Source of the DNA: Balanoglossus misakiensis | Lineage: Eukaryota > Animalia > Hemichordata | Assembly: GCA_040954595.2 (NCBI GenBank) | Contig: CM082587.2 | Coordinates: 8,313,403-8,377,402, forward strand | DNA: 64,000 nt | Direction of reading: 5' to 3' | In this document: one piece after another, positions 38,443-53,400 of the stretch | Numbering within the stretch: position 1 is the first letter of the stretch | Layout: the number at the start of each line of letters is the position of its first letter | Program-made: the position numbers and the translations under genes | The notes under the pieces: model-generated | What the model saw: the letters and a program-made list of their open reading frames with translations, nothing else | Database searches by the model: none | What the model was told of the DNA's origin: nothing

Positions 38443-41400
38443 ATGGCGGACGATATCATGAAATACCTACAAAATCACAAACACCATTGTTCAAGCAATG
38501 AGTTATCACAGGCTATGGGTGTAACCAAACGACAGATGAATGGTATTCTACAGCAGATGCAAAGAAGAGGGCAGATAGAGAGAGTGCAGGAATCACCAGC
38601 TACTTGGCGCATTCGACATCCACATTATAATTTGGTGGAGGCACCTTTTCACCCTCAAAGAAAAACCTTGTCCAGATTAGGCATCAAGGTAAGCTGTCAA
38701 TTCACTTCTAGTAAAAAGGGATATACCGTACATTTGTACTCATTTTCAGATACCGAAGCAACTAATTTTCAATGTAAAAGAAGGACTAAAAAAGGTACAT
38801 GTACATGTTCAAAGTTAACACAAATAAAATGAACAGAACCAGAGATTGAGGAAATATTCTGTATGAGCGAATAAAGTACATTCAAGAGAAACGATTTCAG
38901 TCAAATTCACTGAGTGAACATTCCTTTGAGTGGAAATTGTCCATAATAAAATATAGTGCACATTTCACAATATAAATAGTACAAGTTGTTTCTGGAGAAG
39001 TTGAATTATGTGATCGACCCACTGTACTATTGAATTCCCAAAGATTGATATTTGGATTTATACACTCAGCTAGGGATGAGGGATGTGATAGAAAGAGCAC
39101 TTTGCATGACAAACACCTAGCCACTTGCCCTCCCCAACACACGCACACACACACACCCTGAAACCAGCCAGAAAGGGTTGCTTGAGTCAGATCATGCATT
39201 TGTAATTGCAAGATGCACTATTTGCAGCAACCTGCTGTGTGATTATAACTCTTCCTGTGCAGTACTGAAAGTTATCGGTACCAGCATCACACCAAGATTT
39301 GGTGTGTAGTTTTCGAGGTATGAACAGAGTCTTAACGTGCAGGTATATGCAGAAGATTGACAAATCAGCATCAGATGATCAGTCCGTTTGAACTTAGCAC
39401 TGCTAATCGATAGCTGTCATGATGTCAACACATGCAATTGTGGTCTGAGGTCAACAATATTGGACTAAGTGGTCTTAAATCATTGTAAATGGGATCTGGC
39501 AATGATGGCAGTTCATGCTTGGTTGTTTACACAGGTTTTCCTAGAATATGGAACTTTCCCTCAATACAAATTTCACTTTTTGAACAATCTGAGACAGCGA
39601 TGAGGTTTCATAGGGTGTCAATGTGATCCTTCCAAACAGCTGAGTAATAGCTGAATCAGAGTCCCTCCACGGAGGGACAGATTCACAGTCCCTCTTTGGA
39701 ATGCAGGTAATTCAAATAATTCCCATGATGCAATATTGCCTAGGCAACCTACTGATTTTATTGAAAATGCAAAATCTGATGAAATGCATGCAGCTTATAG
39801 GATACAATCATAAAACTTTCATTCAAAGAGATCTTTCTAATGTTACATGTCTGTGTGATATTTTTAGTATCTTGAAAAGCCCAGAAATTAGCCTTTTGTT
39901 CTTTGTATATAAACTTCGTTGTTAAATCCCTTCCTTTGTTTGTGACTGTATGGTTTAGAAATTGCCAGGAACTCTAATCCCAATGGCTGTACTTATGACA
40001 ATGATAATGAGTTTTTGAAAATCATTATTAATATGAAGCCATGGTAACCAGTACTCATTAAATCTTTAGAGTAGTTTTGAATTATTGATAGTGGGTATTC
40101 AGAGGTTGGAAGTTAACAGTTTTGTTGCATGAAAGAAGGCGGATATGACAGATATCCTTGGTTACTGAAAACTCGACTGTACACCGACAAGTTACGGATC
40201 AGTGCTCAGTGTAAGGTTAACACATGTAGGCACTGCAGCTGCAACCAGGGTTAATCTGAATTAGCCATTAGCATAATTGATGTGGACAAAGTGGCTGGAT
40301 GTTTATTTTTTCGAGAAAGTGGTGGTGTTGTCAAGTGCTTGAAGTAGTGGCGTAATTGCAAGCAGTGTTTTGCGGTGGTGGACACCTTGCAACCATCTCT
40401 GATGGTAACTTCTTGAAAGTGTTATAAATAGTTCATGTCATCATTGCTTTAGTCGTCAACGTTTCTATCTTTTTTCTCTATAAGTGACATTCATCTAGCT
40501 GAGATGTCATCTGGTCTGTTTTATGCTGACATTTTAATCTCTTACTCCACTGTTTTTATGATAATTTTTATGCTGACATATTCCACACTGATGAATTCAA
40601 GATTCATGATTGCTAGTCCAAACACTAAAGTTAGCATTGGGTTCACATTCGAGCCAAGTCACTTTGCTGAACCTACAAATTCGTGTAACGGTGACTCTGG
40701 TATACTGGTAGTAATATTCAGTCCAGTTGTACAATGCTATCATACTTCAAAATTCACTGAAATGTAAATGAAAACAGATCTGACTTTGATCATGTGACAA
40801 GGCCTATTGCATGGAGAACTTGAACTTGTAGCCATTTGCAACTTTAATTCATATAGCAATGAATAATTAAACAAGCAGTAAACCTAGAACTCTGTCATTA
40901 CCATTTCCCAGTGTCTTTCACTCCTAAGTGGTCGCTGCAATCTGTCTTGTGGTAACTGTGAAACCACATGAAGTTTGTGTTGCAGAAAGATCCAAGATGG
41001 CCACTGGGTGGCAATTCCACTATGAGTCATCCAACGTTGTCTTGGTAGGTCAATCCAGCTGGGACTATGTCATTGACAATGACTAGTGTTGCTCTGAGTC
41101 ATTGTCTATTTCATTGACATTCATGAAAGCCATTAGCTCTATCTGTATTTCAGTGATTCATTATCTTTGTCTTATACATTATTCTTGATCTCTACAGTCT
41201 TTTGGTCGCTTGTTCGTATTTCGTACAAATCACACTTTCTATGACACTGGTAGCCCCCCCCCCCCCCCTCCCATACATCAACCAGTTGGTAAGGAGTTGG
41301 ATAGCATCTGCAGAACCACCTGTTGTACAAGTTCATTTTATTCATCACTGGAGCCATTGAATTAAATGTAACTTAAACCACTCAAGTGCAACTAATTTTG

Positions 41401-44400
41401 CATTAAGAGTTTTCAAAGAATGTCACTTCATGTGCATTTTAACAAATGTTTACTGGTATATCCAGTTTATAGATGACGCCACGTCATAGTTACTCAGAGT
41501 TACTCAGTCATGTCAGAGTACGCAGAAAAAAGTCATTAATTTGCAGGAATTTCTTGTTTTTTGACATTAGAATACTTAAAGCCTCTAGAGCAGCCAAATT
41601 TCACGTTTTTTCCCCACAATAAAATACTTCAAATCTATTCCCTATCCTTTACAATGCCATGATAGCTGTGTACTGTTTGTATGGAGGCTGATGAAATGGG
41701 TGTGGCACCTGTGTAATGTATAGTGTGCTCAAATCACTGAGATGTTCATGTATACTTATTTCAGTAAGCTTATTTTGATGTACCAATCTAAATGGAACAT
41801 AAAATGAGTTAAAATAAAAACTTCAAGCAATTTCAAATTCCCTTTGTCTTTACAATCAATCCTGAGAAAAAAACTACACAGTCATGCACCAGGCCAGTTT
41901 CAATGCAGTATATTGCATTAATATCAGTTGTAAACTAGTCATAAAAGTCATAAACATTATTTTCATAAATACATATGCAGTTATAAACATCATTGATCCA
42001 CCTTATCTGTTTTAAAACACTGGCTACAGGGCTTGATGTGAATGTTATGATTGGCACAACATGGTGATTTTGAAGTTATTTTATTATCTTTTCCAAATAT
42101 CTTCAGAACAAAATGTTTCTTGTCTTTTTATATGGTACCCTCCACATTTTAATGAAAATTACTCACATTAAATCACAAGTTTTCTCAAACTGTCAATGCT
42201 ATCTCGTCACCCTGATTATGAAAGTACTAACAAGCTGACCCTAAATGACCTCACTTTGCATATGTAGCTTGGCCAATCAATGACCATCTCAGTGTTGCAT
42301 CATCACTGCTGCGTAATGATTGAAAATCAAGACTTGGTGTTTAAATCTTCAGTTTGAGAGAACACATGAAATATTGAGCAACAGAACTCCGTGACCTCTG
42401 CATGTGTTTGTGCAGTACAGAAGTTATTTTCACCTGTGATTTTGAGTGTCCGATGAATTTTTATTCACTGCGCTTGAGTGATAGTACTGCAGCGGAATAT
42501 GCTGCATCACTCATGGCACAAATCAGACGCAGCAGTGCTGGAGATGTTTCCTATAATCCCGTATGTTTTGTTGCACATGTGTAGTTTACTGTGAAATCAA
42601 GTGATAAAGTTGTCATTTGCAATGAAAATAATAACAGTGAACAGCTATACAAACCATAACATGATTATAAAGTGACTGGTTGTTGAATTCTATGCATGTA
42701 TTTGCAATCAAGACTCATTGAGAAGCTTCGACCTAGACTTGCAATTTGGGCGCACTCTGAACATCAATCAATACCTAAATCTTGTGGCTCTAGAAATTCA
42801 AATCTGATTTGATTTTTGTTGTCAGTTAAATTTTTTGCAAGTTTGGTGTGTTCTTTTCAGAAGCCAAGATAACTCTTAGTTTGGTTTGATCAAGAACTGA
42901 CCAGTCTTTGATATATGCTTGCCGTAAAACACTACAATATCTGTGGATAAATAATATAATAAGTTTGTTATCTAGCTGCACTGTAGGTCAGGTCTGTCTT
43001 TAATCTGAAAATTTCAAATGGAAGTGTTTGTTTTGAGGTAGATGAGAAATGACGAAATGATAAATGTGCAGCAATATTACTGCAGCTGCAGAAGTCATTG
43101 CTGTCTGCATGACTAAATCCTATACAGCCAGCGACCGAACCACTTTGAATCACAAACACAGTTTCAAACTGAAATCCCCATTAATAGCTGGAATCCATTT
43201 CATAACATGTGTATTCAAACAATTAACAATGATTCTGACCTTTTTATCTTATTTTTCGTCCAGTTGATTAGAATATTGATTGAAATAGATGTTGTTTCAG
43301 AGACTCTTAATAATCCATGCTTGCATTTATATCATTGACTTGTGTTTTTTATGTTTGTAGATGATGTATATTGTTAATGTTTATTTTTCCCATGTGAATT
43401 TAACACTGCATGTCGGGAAAGCAAGCTTTACCTGTATTCCATGACTCAGAAAGCGTTGAAAATGATTAAAATATAATATTATACAATTTCTTAGCAAATG
43501 TATGCTTGATGGTTTAGTTGTAGAATATTGGATGCAGAATGAAAGGGACAAAGCCCAAACATAATTGACTTGATTAATACCTCAAAGTACGGCATTGCCT
43601 ACTTGAATATTAATGCGGGCAGATTAGCCCAAGTACATGTATAGTTTTTAAGTATATGGCTGTCTGCTTTGAAAGCTAAATTATCATAATAGGCCTGCGC
43701 CAATCATTGTACTCAGGACAGGTGGGTTCATTCAGGTAGCAAGACATGCATAATATATAGAAGATATATCTCCATCGCAATCACTTTCATTTCAAATGCT
43801 GCTGCTGTAAACATGTGAAGGTAAGGACGCAGTGTTTCATGTTAGAATTTTTTTTGCCGATTTTCAACGCGGGGTTAGGGTAGTGATTCATATGTGATAT
43901 ACTCCTCATCATGTATTCTCTCGCTCAGTGGGATGCAATCAGGTCATCGGCAGCATTAAGTCACATGTCGCGTTTGCCATTCACGTGGGGTGAGTCGGGG
44001 CGGCGTACTTGACGCAGGAAGATTATGGTTTGATGGGAGAGGCAGGCAGACAGGCGGTGTTATAGACTGTAGTGTGAGGACCTTAGTTTAGACGGTAGAT
44101 GAGAAACAGGACAATGAGAGAGGGCACACTTAGAGTGCCACCACGCACAGAAGATGACTAGTCTAGACTACAGCACAAAGAAGATTTTTATCTCTACATG
44201 TAGATGACAGGCTTCTGTATATATTTCCAGTTAAGTCTCTACTCTTATTCTCCTTTTCGTATTTATGATGTATTGTCTTTCACCTCAACGTCTGTTACTT
44301 CAGTCCTTGTGACGTTCGCAATCAGCTTTCATCTTCGCAGACAAAACGTGTTATGATTGCGACTGCGAGACACGGCACATATATCACATGGGGCAGTTGC

Positions 44401-47400
44401 CATCACATTACCATACATTACGTTAGATTACATTATCGCATATGTTGTAATTTCTTTGCGTGTTTTTAACAAGAAATTCCTGGAACACATATTATTGTTG
44501 CTGGTATCATTTTGACACGCTGCATTTTATTTTATGGCTTTAGCTTATCAATTAAGCCTCCATGAGAAATGTCTTATCCAATGAATCACTGTGTTACTGA
44601 ATAATTCACGACTTCCACCATTGTCATTGCAGTAATGCCATTTCCTCTTATTTCAGACACACAAATTCCTTTCCTTTTTGTCAGACATTTTATGTTGATG
44701 TTAGAAACAGCTCAATGCTGGCCGTGCAGTTCTTTAATAATCGGGCATATCAAATCAATTTACCTAGTACAGGCATCTGTGATGTGTGTATAAAATATCT
44801 TAACATCTGACACTTTGTGGAAATTCTGTCGCCTGGAATAATAATAACAGATCTTTTATTAGTAACAATCAGTATAATCATATGAAATATTTATATCCTG
44901 AAATTATGGCATTTAAAAATATTAATTGACATGGAAGATTGTGTGTTTATCTAGTACCACACAGTTAGACTGAAATTTGCCTGGAGGGTCACTCATTTAA
45001 AGTACAGCTGACACAGTAGTTGCTTCTGAGATGTGATATTTGTGGTTGTTTCGTACAGTTTTTGAGTCGATCCAAATTTGTCATTTTTTGTCAAATTTCA
45101 TGGAAGGTAAAAATCATGAGAGAGGCTTTCGCCAACGTGACATCCAACGCGCCATGAATGTTGATGTCATATTGTATGATGGTTTTTCTGAAACCTGTAC
45201 TGATATAAAATTGAAATCGAATATTGACGAGTTGGAATTACAATAATATAAGACTGTGACCTTGTGATGTATAGTGAATCATCACCCAGTCATTCAGTCA
45301 GTTTTAATGAAACAAGAATACAGACTACTTATGATAATTGTTCAAACTCTTGACATTCAATTATAATTTGAAGGTTGCCAAATTTTACTTAAAATTAAAT
45401 CTTTAATTGGAAAGTATAATAATTATTTCATATGAGAATATACGATTTCACTCATGTATTTAGCCTCTGTTATTTGGAAATAACATGCATAAATATATGA
45501 ATGAGTCAATAAAATACAAGATAACTCTTACATTCAAGGCATAGCTAGATTTAAGAATGTATAGTGTGAATGTTTGGTTCAGTTAGCATTTCAAATAGCA
45601 CTCACGCAGAGATTTTGCATATAGAGTTGACCTTTGCTGAGTAACAGACAGTTAGGTCCTCTGGGAATGTCTGAACTCACAATTGACCCTAGAGCGGGGG
45701 GGGGGAGTGTCTCTACAAGCCATTGACCTTCTCAACAATATTTACAAATAAATGGGTTGTTACAAAGTGGATTGAGGGTTATTCTGATAGCATTGAAGTT
45801 ACGGAGCGATGTATTCATAATGCAGTTTTTACGTCAGTAGTGAAGCAGTTTGATAAAAGTGTAATATTCCTCCATTGTACAGTTTTGCTTGTTCAGTGAC
45901 AATGTTAGTTTATAACAATGAAGAGGATAAATTGTCGAATCATCTTTGCGTCTATTGACATCACGTTATTAATTAACGCAACTGTATTTGTTTTCACCCC
46001 CCAACACAGTGAAACTTGATGTATTCCCATTGTTTCTTACAATAAAGTGGGACTTGCGTATTGTGAAATAGGGGGTGGCCGTGTGGCGTAAAATATTCTT
46101 ATTATGACATGAAAACAAAGTACTTTCAGGCGGAAATGTTAAATGCACATCTCCTTTCATCGGTCGTATCAAATTAAAAAAAAGCAAATGGATTAACTTT
46201 AGAAATATTTCAATGAGAAACAGACTTTCCGCCATATAAACACTCAGTGTCAACAAGAAGTAGTGATAACCAGAGATTGAAAATTGTACACTTAATTCAT
46301 ATAATTTAAACTTAGTGCGGCAGTGACATGGAGGAAATTTAATAATCACTTCCTTTAATTAAATTTACATCAGTGATGCCCTGAAAATTTAACTACCATG
46401 CTGTGATCTTTTGCACAGTTATTAAAAGAGTGTAATTATGGCCAGCTGTCATTCTGGTAGATGTCAAATTTGGACTGTAGCAGTATGAACAGAAACTGTT
46501 TTCCACGCAGAAACATGAATTATGATTTTCTCTGAAGTAAAATGAAAATTCATTAACAGTAGACTTCATGTTTTATAATTTTAGGCAATACTGTATGTTG
46601 ACTGGCGCGAGAAGTTTGTGAAAAATGAAATGTCTGTATAAAGAAGTTCCGTGAGAAGACCTATACAGCCCCCATGTATTTTGTTATTTTTAATCAATAT
46701 TGTTTATTTTGGTGACGCAGTTCAAATTTCAATGATGTGGTTGTCTGTAGACTAAACCAAACTTGACCAATTATTCATCATCTGCAGTCTGTTGGCTATA
46801 TTAAACTTTCTTTTTTCGCGCAGACTGAAAAGTGACCACAGCCATTGGGTGCTTTGCTAGGCTTTTGTGGTCAACAGGAACTGAGATTAACTTTGATGAA
46901 AATTAATGTTTCTGAAACGACATGCCAGTTTGTCCAGACTATTGGCTCTGCATGCCCCACATTGACCTATTGGCTTCACTTCGTAAACTTTAATTGAGGT
47001 CAAAGGGCGTGATGGTTCATAGTGTTTCTCAGACATCATATAGCTCACCACGGTTCCACATCCTGATGATATAAAGTGTCACCCAGGTTTTGTCATGGTT
47101 GCTACAGTATAAACCACACCATACGTGGCCTAACATTAGCTCTTACTGTACCTGTGGTCGACCACTGTTAGTTACATGTGAAACTGGCAGTACTCTCCTG
47201 GACATGTGTTATGTAAATGTTGCGAACATCTTGTTACATGTATCCATGACAAGATGTATGTTAGTATGTGTTCAGCCCAAGTCATGCCTGCATTCACGAA
47301 GGTTTGTACAAATTTGTTTCTAAAATTATGATTTCTTTATTCTGAAAGAGAATTTGTTCTCTGACATTATCGTATACTTCTTGACAGCACACTCATTCAA

Positions 47401-50400
47401 ATTCAGCACTGTTTTCAAATTTCATTTTATGGACTCTCATCAATTTCTCGGCTTTAAAGGTCACTTGTTTGGAGAAAAACGCGATGTCACAGCTAGCTTT
47501 CATTAATATGCAAACCAACACATTTTAGACGCAGACAGTATAGTCACATGATAGGCAATGTTCACACATTCAAAGTGAAAATATGGTGCGTTATTTTCAA
47601 GATGAAAAGCAACGCAGATTACGGTTTCTGAACACAAACAGAAATCTCACAAAGTTCATCCTGGTGCTGGGTGTATATGTTAATGCTTTTATTTTTTTTA
47701 AAAACATCTCAGCAATTCTGTTCTTATTACACTGTACTGCACTGTACTGACTTAAACTATCCTTTCATTTTAAGTGAAATTGTTTGAAGATCAAAATGTC
47801 GTGAGTGTGAAACCAAGCGAAACCTTGGATAGCTCGAATTACATCGTCAAATCATCCAACTCTCGGTTGTATGTCAATTGAGAACAAGTTGCTGTTTTAT
47901 TTGCATGAACCCTGTTGTAGGTTGTTGATAGTCAACTAAGATTTTCATCGTAATTGCCAACTCTAATTCCCAAAAGTGTTCTAAAAAAAAAACATTTTAA
48001 ATTTATGATGTACATGTACTGTACTGTAGTTTTACGGTACTACTACCCAGTACATGGTAGCTGACTGATATCTAAGTTAACGAACTATTTTAAGAAGAAA
48101 TCTAATCATATCACAGATGATTTCTGAATGAATGGCTACAAGTATTTCTAAACGTTATCAAGATTGATGAGAAACTAACTGTGCTTTGCAGTGGTCTGTG
48201 ATTCAGAAATTGTAATGACAAAGATCCATAATTGATACTACTATGCTGTAAGTGGCCTTAATGTTGGTAATGGCATCTGCTAATCTCCCAACATCATAAC
48301 TTACAATTATATCAAACAGACATAATGCACTTAAAAGCTTTCAATTTATCTCAGTTGATATTATTTTAACCGGGAGTGTTGTATTTCGCATATTCCATTT
48401 TGCAAACATGATTGCCATATCTTAAAAAGCAAAGTGACTTTTTACCTCCCACTGGTACATGTACTAGTATATTGCAGCAGTATTAGAAACTACACGATCA
48501 ATGTATGTTGTCCATGTCCTAAAATATCACAATGTATGTACATGTGTGAGTAGGTATGTGGGGGGGGGGGGGCAGTGCTTGTTTTTACTGGTCTGTACAT
48601 AAACACTTTATTTTCGCGAGCAATAAATTTTGGCGAAATACGCGAGAGCCAAAATAGCGTGAAAATAAAAAGTCACGTAATTTTTTTTTAAGATAACGAT
48701 GCAGTGAATGAAATATGAGAACGCCAAATTAATACTCGCGAAACAGTGGCCTCTCTCGATATCGCGAAAATTTCAACTCGCGAAAATAAAGTGTTTTACA
48801 GTATATAATGTACATATGTACTTCCATATATCAGTACAGATTCTCCAATTTAGTGAGAAAATTTAATTTTCAGGAAACAGTGTTATTTCTTTCAATCTGA
48901 CCACATGTGACTATCAAGTGGTAAACATGTGGTTTTGGTGAAGATCTTTCCATCCAGAGTGACATTGATTTTTTTGCTGTAACCACCAAATCCCAAAAGA
49001 CTGGTTGTCAGCTTGGGTGAATCAGTTTGCTATTGACATGGCTGTAGACCATGCCATTAGACCTTATAGGCCAGTGCAGTTCAATACATTCTAATCATCA
49101 CCAAGTCATTGAATGAGAATACAGGAGTCAAAAACATTGGTGCTTTTAAACTTTTGTCCTTTCCTGAAAGGTCTATCTTCTACTGAAATGCGACTCGCAT
49201 TTTTTCAGTCACAGATAATCTCTGGAGATTCCTGTACATACCTCACTGAACAAATTTAATGAGACTTTGAATGTTCTCATACTCGGAACAAACTTAACTT
49301 TTGCTCTGCAGAAAGCCTGAGGAGTGTGTTGTGTTTACTTGTTTGTTTCCATGGTTATAGAAATGTATTTTTTGGTATTAAGAGCAAAATCATTACATTT
49401 AGTAGCTAAGTAGATATTTTTGCATGCAATAGTAGTGTGACCATAGTAACAACATAGCCAGAGTTTTTGAAAGTTTAAAGCTCCATTAGTGGTAACTTTT
49501 TGGTATGTTTTCAGGGTTTTTTTTTATCTACTGCATTTTCTTGTTCAGATCCCTGAAGCATGATGAAATTCCTAGTATTCAGCTTATTAACACAACCTGT
49601 ATGCAAAATTTGAATTCAAGTCCGGACTAGAATTCATTTGTCAACAATAACAGTGTTCGTTTAATACAGGCTAATTTTACAAGTGGAGTACTGGGTATAT
49701 TTAATAGCATGCTGTTTGGAGTCAAACAAGAAATTGTATTTGGTACACAGAACAACAATACAGAAAAAAAGCCAAAAGCTATGGCCAATGAGAATTCATT
49801 TTTTGAAGCGTTTTTTATAATATGCCTTTGTCCATGTATAAAATCTGGATATTGTACACAAATGCATTTGATTGTGTGTCTAGACAGATTGTAAACCATT
49901 GACATCCATCAGACAATGGGATTGCTTAGTCATAGTCTTCACAGCACGTGTCTTGTCATCAAACGAATTGTTTCCATAATTCCCTCTATTCGGGGTATTG
50001 TCCTTTCATCATTCAAAAGAGACCGTTTCAATCAAAGTCATCATACTTAAGAGGGATGTGCATATCATTCGAAAACCTCATGCCAAGGATATTGCAGAGT
50101 GGTTTCCGTATCATTTTGTCATTATTTGCGACGGATGCAATAGCAGCTTTTAATTGTGAAAAAGACAAAATCGTAACTAATACACCATTTTATCATTTGT
50201 GTTTTTCTTTTCTCAAAAAGTCATGTATTACATATGATTGGACTGGGCAGAAGATACACTTTGGGGAAATTTCAGTGCAATGCATTGTAATTATACGACG
50301 ACTGTGAAATTTGATGAGTTTGCCAAAGTGATAATCATTAATTTAAAAAATAGGAATGTATCGAAATAAGACAGAAATAATATGAATGGAAACTTTTTAA

Positions 50401-53400
50401 AGAGATATTCATTAGACAAAGAAAAATATGTGCTACTTGTTGAACCATTTTGGATCATCTTATAATGCATTGGATTTTGTAGAAGAATTTTAACCACTCT
50501 GTTATAAAAGAAAAGTGAAAACCGGAATTCCTGAGATACTGCAAAATTGTCATGGAAATTGGGCTATCCTGCAGAGAAAATTGTTTAAATGTTGAATCTT
50601 CCTACACAGTGTGAGAAAGCTTGACGATAATTTGATCATATCAGCCATACATGTACCCCTGAGTATTTTAGATTGAGATTATCAAATGTGTAAATTCCTT
50701 GTGATATGGCATTAAAACTATTTTTTTTCTTTTACCAGGGATTTAGAAAGGTGGACATTGAAGAGAAAATTCTTGGCGTTTTACAGAAGAAGGACAGCTT
50801 AGCCAGTGTTCCCGATTTACAGAAGGCCACTGGAGTCCGACAGAAAAAAGATATTAATCAGACCCTATACAAACTTCAGAAGAAAGGTGTGATTATAAAA
50901 GTGTCGGATGTGCCACCAAAGTGGGGCTTGAAACACCCGGTGATCGTGGATCACACTGCATCAGACGATCAAAGCAAAGTTGCCTCTGAACCACCACACG
51001 ATGGACAACCAGATATTGATGATGACAACCATGGTGACGATGATGATGATGACATGGGGGAAGATGATGGTGCCGGAGATGGAGATATAACCAATGACAT
51101 TGAAGAGAAAGAGCAAAGTCATTTCAGTGACCATGGAAACAGAATGGATGCGCTGGTATCGCCCCCAAAGATATCAGTAGATATACCGGTAGTTGCTATG
51201 GAGACCAATCACGCTGTCCGCAGTTTCCAGTCGTCAGTGAGCATCACTGATCTGAATCAGAGTGGATCAGTGTCCAACCAGACAGAAATAATGGCAACCC
51301 CCAGCACAGAGGTTGTTATCATCAACAATAACAAAGAAACTTTGAAAATTCAGCTGTTAACAGCCTTAAGCAAGCAGAGTGAGCCCATACATGCCAATAA
51401 CTTGGCCAAGTTGGTGGGTCTGAACAGCAAAAAGGACATCAATCCAATTCTTTTTCCTATGCAGAATATGGGATTGGTTTCCAAGGTATCCAACGTACCC
51501 CCTATGTGGATCATTACAGACAAAGGTGCTGACAATATCAAGGAGCAAGATTTGCAGGCGTCTCCCGAAAGCAGTTTCGTCGTCCCTCCTGATCCAAGAC
51601 AGGTGATTCAACAAGTCGGTGCTAGTGTGTTCAGTCAGCCGGTCGCGACAAACCACGTCAACAGGAGTGAACTGGAGAAAGCTCTCCTGCAGGCCCTATC
51701 GAGCAGAGAATCTTACAAAGCCATGGATTTGGCCAAGGCCGTGGGATTCCAGAGCAAGAAGGACATCAACCCCACTTTATTCCATTTACAGAGAAAGGGG
51801 CTGACCAAAAAGATCAATGACTCGCCGCCCACCTGGTGCATCACCAGCAAAGGCAAAGAACAAATCGAAGGTGAAGACATGCCACTAAGTAGCTGCCACC
51901 CAACCGAGGAGAACGACCCCACTCTCTTCAAGGTCGCGTCCAATCCCTGCATGGAGATGGGACAGACCTCGTCCGCGGACATCAACGCACAACAAAGTTC
52001 GTTCGAAGGCGGTGGGATGAACTTGACTCAACAGATGACTGCCCTCACAGGTGGTGTTGCTGTTAGTAGTATGCTGACCAGTGAAGCCTTTGCGGTCATC
52101 AATAAGAACCCGATCAGTGCTTTGATGGAATATGCACAGTCACGCCAATACAAGTGTTCCATTGATGTACTCTATCAAAGTGGACCACCACACAGCCCAA
52201 GGTAAGAGAATAACCATGCATCACTTTAAAGCCTCTGGAGCTGCCACTTTTTGCATTATTTTCATGATTTTATTTTCCCACTTATAGTGGTCCATCTAAA
52301 TAAGTTTACTGATACTAAAGTGATAGGTATACATCAACATCTCATCGACGCCCGATTGTGGCGATATGTGGGAATTTGAACATGCTATATGTATTAAACA
52401 GGTGTCCCACCCATTTAATCAGCCTCCATATAAACAGTACGCAGCTATCGTGGTATGTGTTGCCAAGAGATGACAAACACATGTACAAGTAATACAGTAC
52501 AGTTTAATGCTGATCTACCGTATATCTTAGTTGATAGAGCATCTGGTCATCTGGTGTGTGTGGGTTACAATTGGAACTGATGAGTTTTCCTCATTTGTTA
52601 TCACCTTCAGATTTACCATGGCGGCAAGTGTGAACGGAAGACGTTTTCCGTCGGTTGTCAGCAAGTCCAAGAAAGACGGGAAGAGAGAAGCAGCGGACAA
52701 GGCATTGCGTGTCCTCATTGCAGAAGGATCCATCAAGCCTCAGATACAGGCAGCAAACATACCAAACAATAACAAGGTACAGTTGAACCTGTGTTTGTGG
52801 TCACCTCAATATAGTGGGAACTTTTCTCTAGAGGCCACTTTTAGACAGTCCCTGTGCAATTCACATGTGCATCAATCAACATGTCTACAAATGCCACCTG
52901 TCTATAAAGGCCAGTTTAGGAAAATCTCTTGACTGGCCACTATAGGCAGGGTTGTACATCATCATTGTACACCTATTGCCGTAACCTATGATGTTCTATG
53001 GTATGATATATACATTGCTCATATTTGTATACATGTAGTACAGGAAGTCCTAATCTGCATAACAGAGACGCTTGCGACAGAGAGTGTGTGTAATGTGACC
53101 GAAAAGTTATTCTATTTTCAGTTGCACGCACATGTTATTTCAGCCCCTAATAGGTCCATTCATATCGTGGTACATATATTCAACCCACAAAAATACTCTC
53201 AAGTGACATAAAATGGGTGTTTAACCATTAAAAGTGTACAATAATAGGGTTATTCACAAAATATGGCCCTGTATGGACTCAGGTTCAGTGAGTTGCATAT
53301 TCCACACATAGCCATATTTTGTAAATAACCCATTATTACAATTCATTGGAAAATGACTGTATTGAGTAACATCTACATTTTTGGGTGCTCAATAGTGTGA

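Noticed and set aside
38900-50500. Short ORFs in the 12-kb ADAR intron as extra Z-alpha/dsRBD exons or a nested gene
   Set aside because: No domain motifs seen, and the flanking exons already join in phase; small exons cannot be excluded by eye.
50706-50738. ORF-track start [11 protein letters not shown] for ADAR
   Set aside because: This is the polypyrimidine tract and acceptor of the intron, not coding sequence.
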